DNA of 64,000 nucleotides from Raillietiella orientalis (Eukaryota), in contig JAYWIR010000044.1 in NCBI GenBank assembly GCA_036172245.1, positions 310,001 to 374,000 on the forward strand, in the 5' to 3' direction. The notes under the pieces are model-generated. The model was not told the DNA's origin. It saw only the letters and a program-made list of their open reading frames with translations, and made no database searches. This document shows positions 60,560 through 64,000 of the stretch, piece by piece (within the stretch, counting starts at the first letter, position 1; each line of letters starts with the position of its first letter). The position numbers were made by a program, and so were the translations under genes.

Positions 60560-61600
60560 TTGGTGACATCCCAATAGATTCTAGCACCTAATGGTTGCAT
60601 GCTGTTCATACATAAGGTTTTCTTTCTTTCTGGGTTCGAAACGTTCTGTGATATCATAACTTATGTAAACCTTAAGGGACCCTGAGCCTGGTTTCCGAAA
60701 GAGATAGGTGTTGCACCCAAACAATCCTTATCAGTTATCTTCAGAATTACTCATGGGAATACTTGAGCTCTTAGAAATTACGACAGCCCCCAGCACCTCT
60801 TGATGGATCCATAGTGATCATGTCTAAATACCCGAAGATTCCCGAAGGTCTTTTAGAAGAATGTCTTCATTCTCTTGACCTGAGCTCCATACCCAAAACG
60901 AGAAAAACCATTAGTAGAGGTATCTGATTTTTGTAGGCTGTTCTAGCGATTTTGAATAACATATACAAACAACTAGGAAGAGTATCGTTGGATGAATTAG
61001 AAGAAGTTTCTGAGCAGCATGAAAAGTTCCCACTGAGAACAGAGCAAGTGCCACATTTGGAGCGAAAAACAATGACATTTATAATCATGACTGTTTGTTT
61101 ATGTCCTTTCCCAAGCATCCATTTCAGTCTAATTACGGAATCACAATCATTTGCGTTTTCCATTAGAAAATTCACTTTCATAAGAGAAAATGTGAGGATG
61201 TGAAGGAAAAAGATGCTGAAATGTTTATTGTTCTCAATACTAATGCTATTTTCATGTTCAGTAATTTAAATACTTGGTAACTATCTACTATCTAGATGAG
61301 AAAGCTGGGTTAGAAGGTGAGTTTATATCTTCTTTGAAGACTTTAACAAACCGAAAATTTTCCTGCATCTAACAGAGTTTCGAGTTTACTTCCTTAATCA
61401 GGTATGGGGCTGTTTTATGCAATGTGTATTTTGCAACAGTGTTTGTGATGCTGTGAATCGTGTGGGCGATTTTCCACAACTGCACAATCAATATATCCAT
61501 GCTAGAATAAACAATCATAGGGCGTGGATGCATGCATTCGCTTCTGATAATTTGAATCAACACATATGAAGTTCTTTTTTAGACAGTGGCATGGCAAATC
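60560..61600 (-). mobile_element. Decayed Penelope-like RT relic
   Basis: YVLIQI..PRPMIV, DINS, GYLDMI (~RYxDD), TYLFRKP (~TxxYRKPT, ~60690-60710). Confidence 0.45.
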
Positions 61601-62097
61601 GAATCCAAACAAGAGCCAAACCATCTGCATGGAGTTTTTAATTTTTCTTGTTTTCGCCGATTTTCACACTTTTGCATTACAAACCTGAAAAAAAGTTTGG
61701 ACTCTTTCATTCACCTATTAATTATTAACTGAATTAAAAACACTTTTGAAATGGTTGTTCAAGTACACAAGATGTTCCTATAAACATACTAAATTTTTGA
61801 CCCCCAAGAAGAAAAATTCGGAGGGTATCCAAGAAATTTGTGTTGGGAGGATGGCAGTTCTGATTCCCACGAACCTGTAATAGGAAGCCTTCGAATGCAA
61901 GCGTAGTGGTGAAGACGGGCTGAAAGAACAATGAAGAATTAGCCTTTTGTCAGCTATGCTGCATTTTCCAGCAACTTGTAAAAGAGAAAGCAATCTCTTA
62001 AAAGTCTCCGTTTCCGGAGCGGAAATGTAGCTTTCAGCGCCATTTTTCGATTCAGAGTTGCAGAGCTTGTCATGCCTGAAATGTGAAGTAAACAATT

Positions 62098-64000
62098 ATG
62101 TTGAATGAAGACTGCCTGCTGCAGGTTTTCGGCTATTTGAGCATTGAAGAATTAATAATTTGTGATCAAGGTGGGATTAATTTAAGAAAAAAGCATTCTA
62201 TAATTTGTTGAGAATTTCTGATATGCTGTCATAATGCCAACAAAGCCCACCCGTGGTTTTAATTGAAGGTGTGGGAACCTTGTGTTGAACTCTTATTCGG
62301 TTATTAGTCTGTTATTTTCAGATCTTTTTCCAAGTTGACATGTGTTTTTTAGTTTCTTATTTCACTGATGTAACTTCCCTGATTAACAACTGTTAATTTA
62401 CCATTTTCTCAACTTTCTTATCGAATGCATTACAGTTTTGAACATTTAGTATTCGGTGAACATCATTCTGCTCCAGGACCCCTACTTTCCACGATTCACG
62501 TAATAATAAGAATACATGCATATAAGCAGTTTGAAAATTTTATAGCAGATTTTTTGGGTGCTAACACAGCATGACGATGTGATTAGTTAAGCAAAAGCTA
62601 ACTGATCACATCGTCATGTTATGTTAAGGCAGGCAAAGTTCTCATATGAAGCTTAATTACTTAATGTGGGATTTTATAAAGGTCATCCTTTGTGACAGTA
62701 GCACATTGAGATTAATGTGTTCTTCCTAACATTAGTGTACCCACTGAAAATCTTCGTGTGGATGAACTGTGATGCAAGATGTTTATTTCCACTGAACCTA
62801 CATTCTTGTCACATTGATGAAAAGGATGGATGTGATTCAAGCTGATTTCAGTGTGCTTGTGGTGGAGAGAAGTGTTGAAGTCCTTTTGGAGGCATCTTGC
62901 TGTTTTGAAAATAACCAAACAATGTCACCAAGTACCTACAGATGACTTCTGCTATTTGGTCAAAAGGCTATGGAATTTGAGAAAGTTGGTTCTGACCCGA
63001 GCATCTTTGCAGTTACCTGCAGGCTGGGTATCATTACTAGGTGAGTGTCTCTGTGCATAAATGTGCTAGTAGCCCTGGATTTGCAGCAAGTCATTGTAAG
63101 AAGTTGGAAGAGCTAAGCATACACATGCAAGCCTTTCATGATGCCGATGTTCTTGTTTCTGCCAGTTTGACTGCTTTGACTGTTGTGAGGCTATCAAGCT
63201 GCCAGCTCACAGATGAAGGGCTCAAGACTCTCTTGAACTGTCAGTTGGAAGAACTTTACCTGTGTGATATACGAGGCATCACATGCAGCACTTTGGAACC
63301 AACCCGGACTCATCTCAAGAAGCTCTCCATAGAGCTCTGTTATGACATCCGCTATCACGGGTTGCTAAATATATTGCAGTGTTGTCCTCTTTTGGAAAAT
63401 TTGCAGTTGTGTAGTGTTCGGTGTTTGCACACACACTCTGATGATGTTTCTAATGACTTGGTTGATTCTGCCACGATGCTAAGTAAGTAGAAAAGCAAAC
63501 ATTCTGTGGAAAATGCCTGCTGCCGTAGAGTTGCCATATCTTAAAACATTGGTGCTTTATCATGTGCGTGGTGCTGTAGTAATTAATCAGCTTGCATCAC
63601 TGTTTGACATGGCTCCAAATGTACGGGACTTGCGTCTGTTTGACTTGATTTGTGATGGCAATGCTTTTTATCAGTTACCTGGGTCTGTGCAGGTACTGCA
63701 TCTTGTAGAGTTGTATGTTGGCTATGACTCTTACCTTCATCTGGGTCAAACGTGTCCAGACATAGAAGAGTTGTGCATCCACTGGCGTGGCATCGAAGAT
63801 GATGTGCTCCATGTTCTCTGCTCAAGATTGAGTCGCCTCCGATATTTCGACATTGCATATACCTCGAGCTGCCACCTGGACCAACAGCTCAGCCTGTGTT
63901 CCAACCTGACTCACCTGGCTGTGGGCTGCAACCCCCAGTGCACTTCCAGCATGATACAGCGCTTGGCTGCATCGTGCACTGGCTTGCGGCACCTTAGTTT
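62098..64000 (+). CDS. F-box/leucine-rich repeat protein (FBXL-type), spliced, runs off the window
   Basis: Exons 62098-62170, 62852-63040, 63087-63482 and 63529->64000; all introns GT-AG and phase 1, giving one open frame. F-box MLNEDCLLQVFGYLSIEEL..VCLWWR, then cysteine-containing LRRs (CKKLEELSI, CPLLENLQL, CSNLTHLAV). Confidence 0.9.

Overview
Eukaryotic, probably invertebrate/arthropod, nuclear DNA that is almost entirely decayed transposable elements; the supplied ORF track is mostly noise. Reading all frames by eye shows about 20 frameshifted relics of Penelope-like retroelements (PLE; RT followed by GIY-YIG). Also present are about 14 L1/Tx1-clade LINE fragments, one NeSL/R4-like (RLE-type) non-LTR element split by a piggyBac-like MITE, pogo/Tigger and mariner remnants, a 101-bp satellite, a cytochrome b NUMT and one orphan ORF. 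The right edge holds an apparently intact spliced F-box/LRR gene with two 46-nt introns. The best novelty candidate is a 7-copy, ~0.7-0.9 kb repeat with a tRNA-like (Pol III box A/B) head and an array of GC-rich hairpins; six of the seven copies are followed, same strand, by PLE coding relics. Also notable: tandem repeats apparently born twice from the same PLE RT motif, sharply bounded AT-rich zones that still read as PLE protein, and near-identical tracts between inverted, otherwise diverged PLE relics. All protein assignments are manual motif matches in degraded frames; no searches were run and relic boundaries are approximate.
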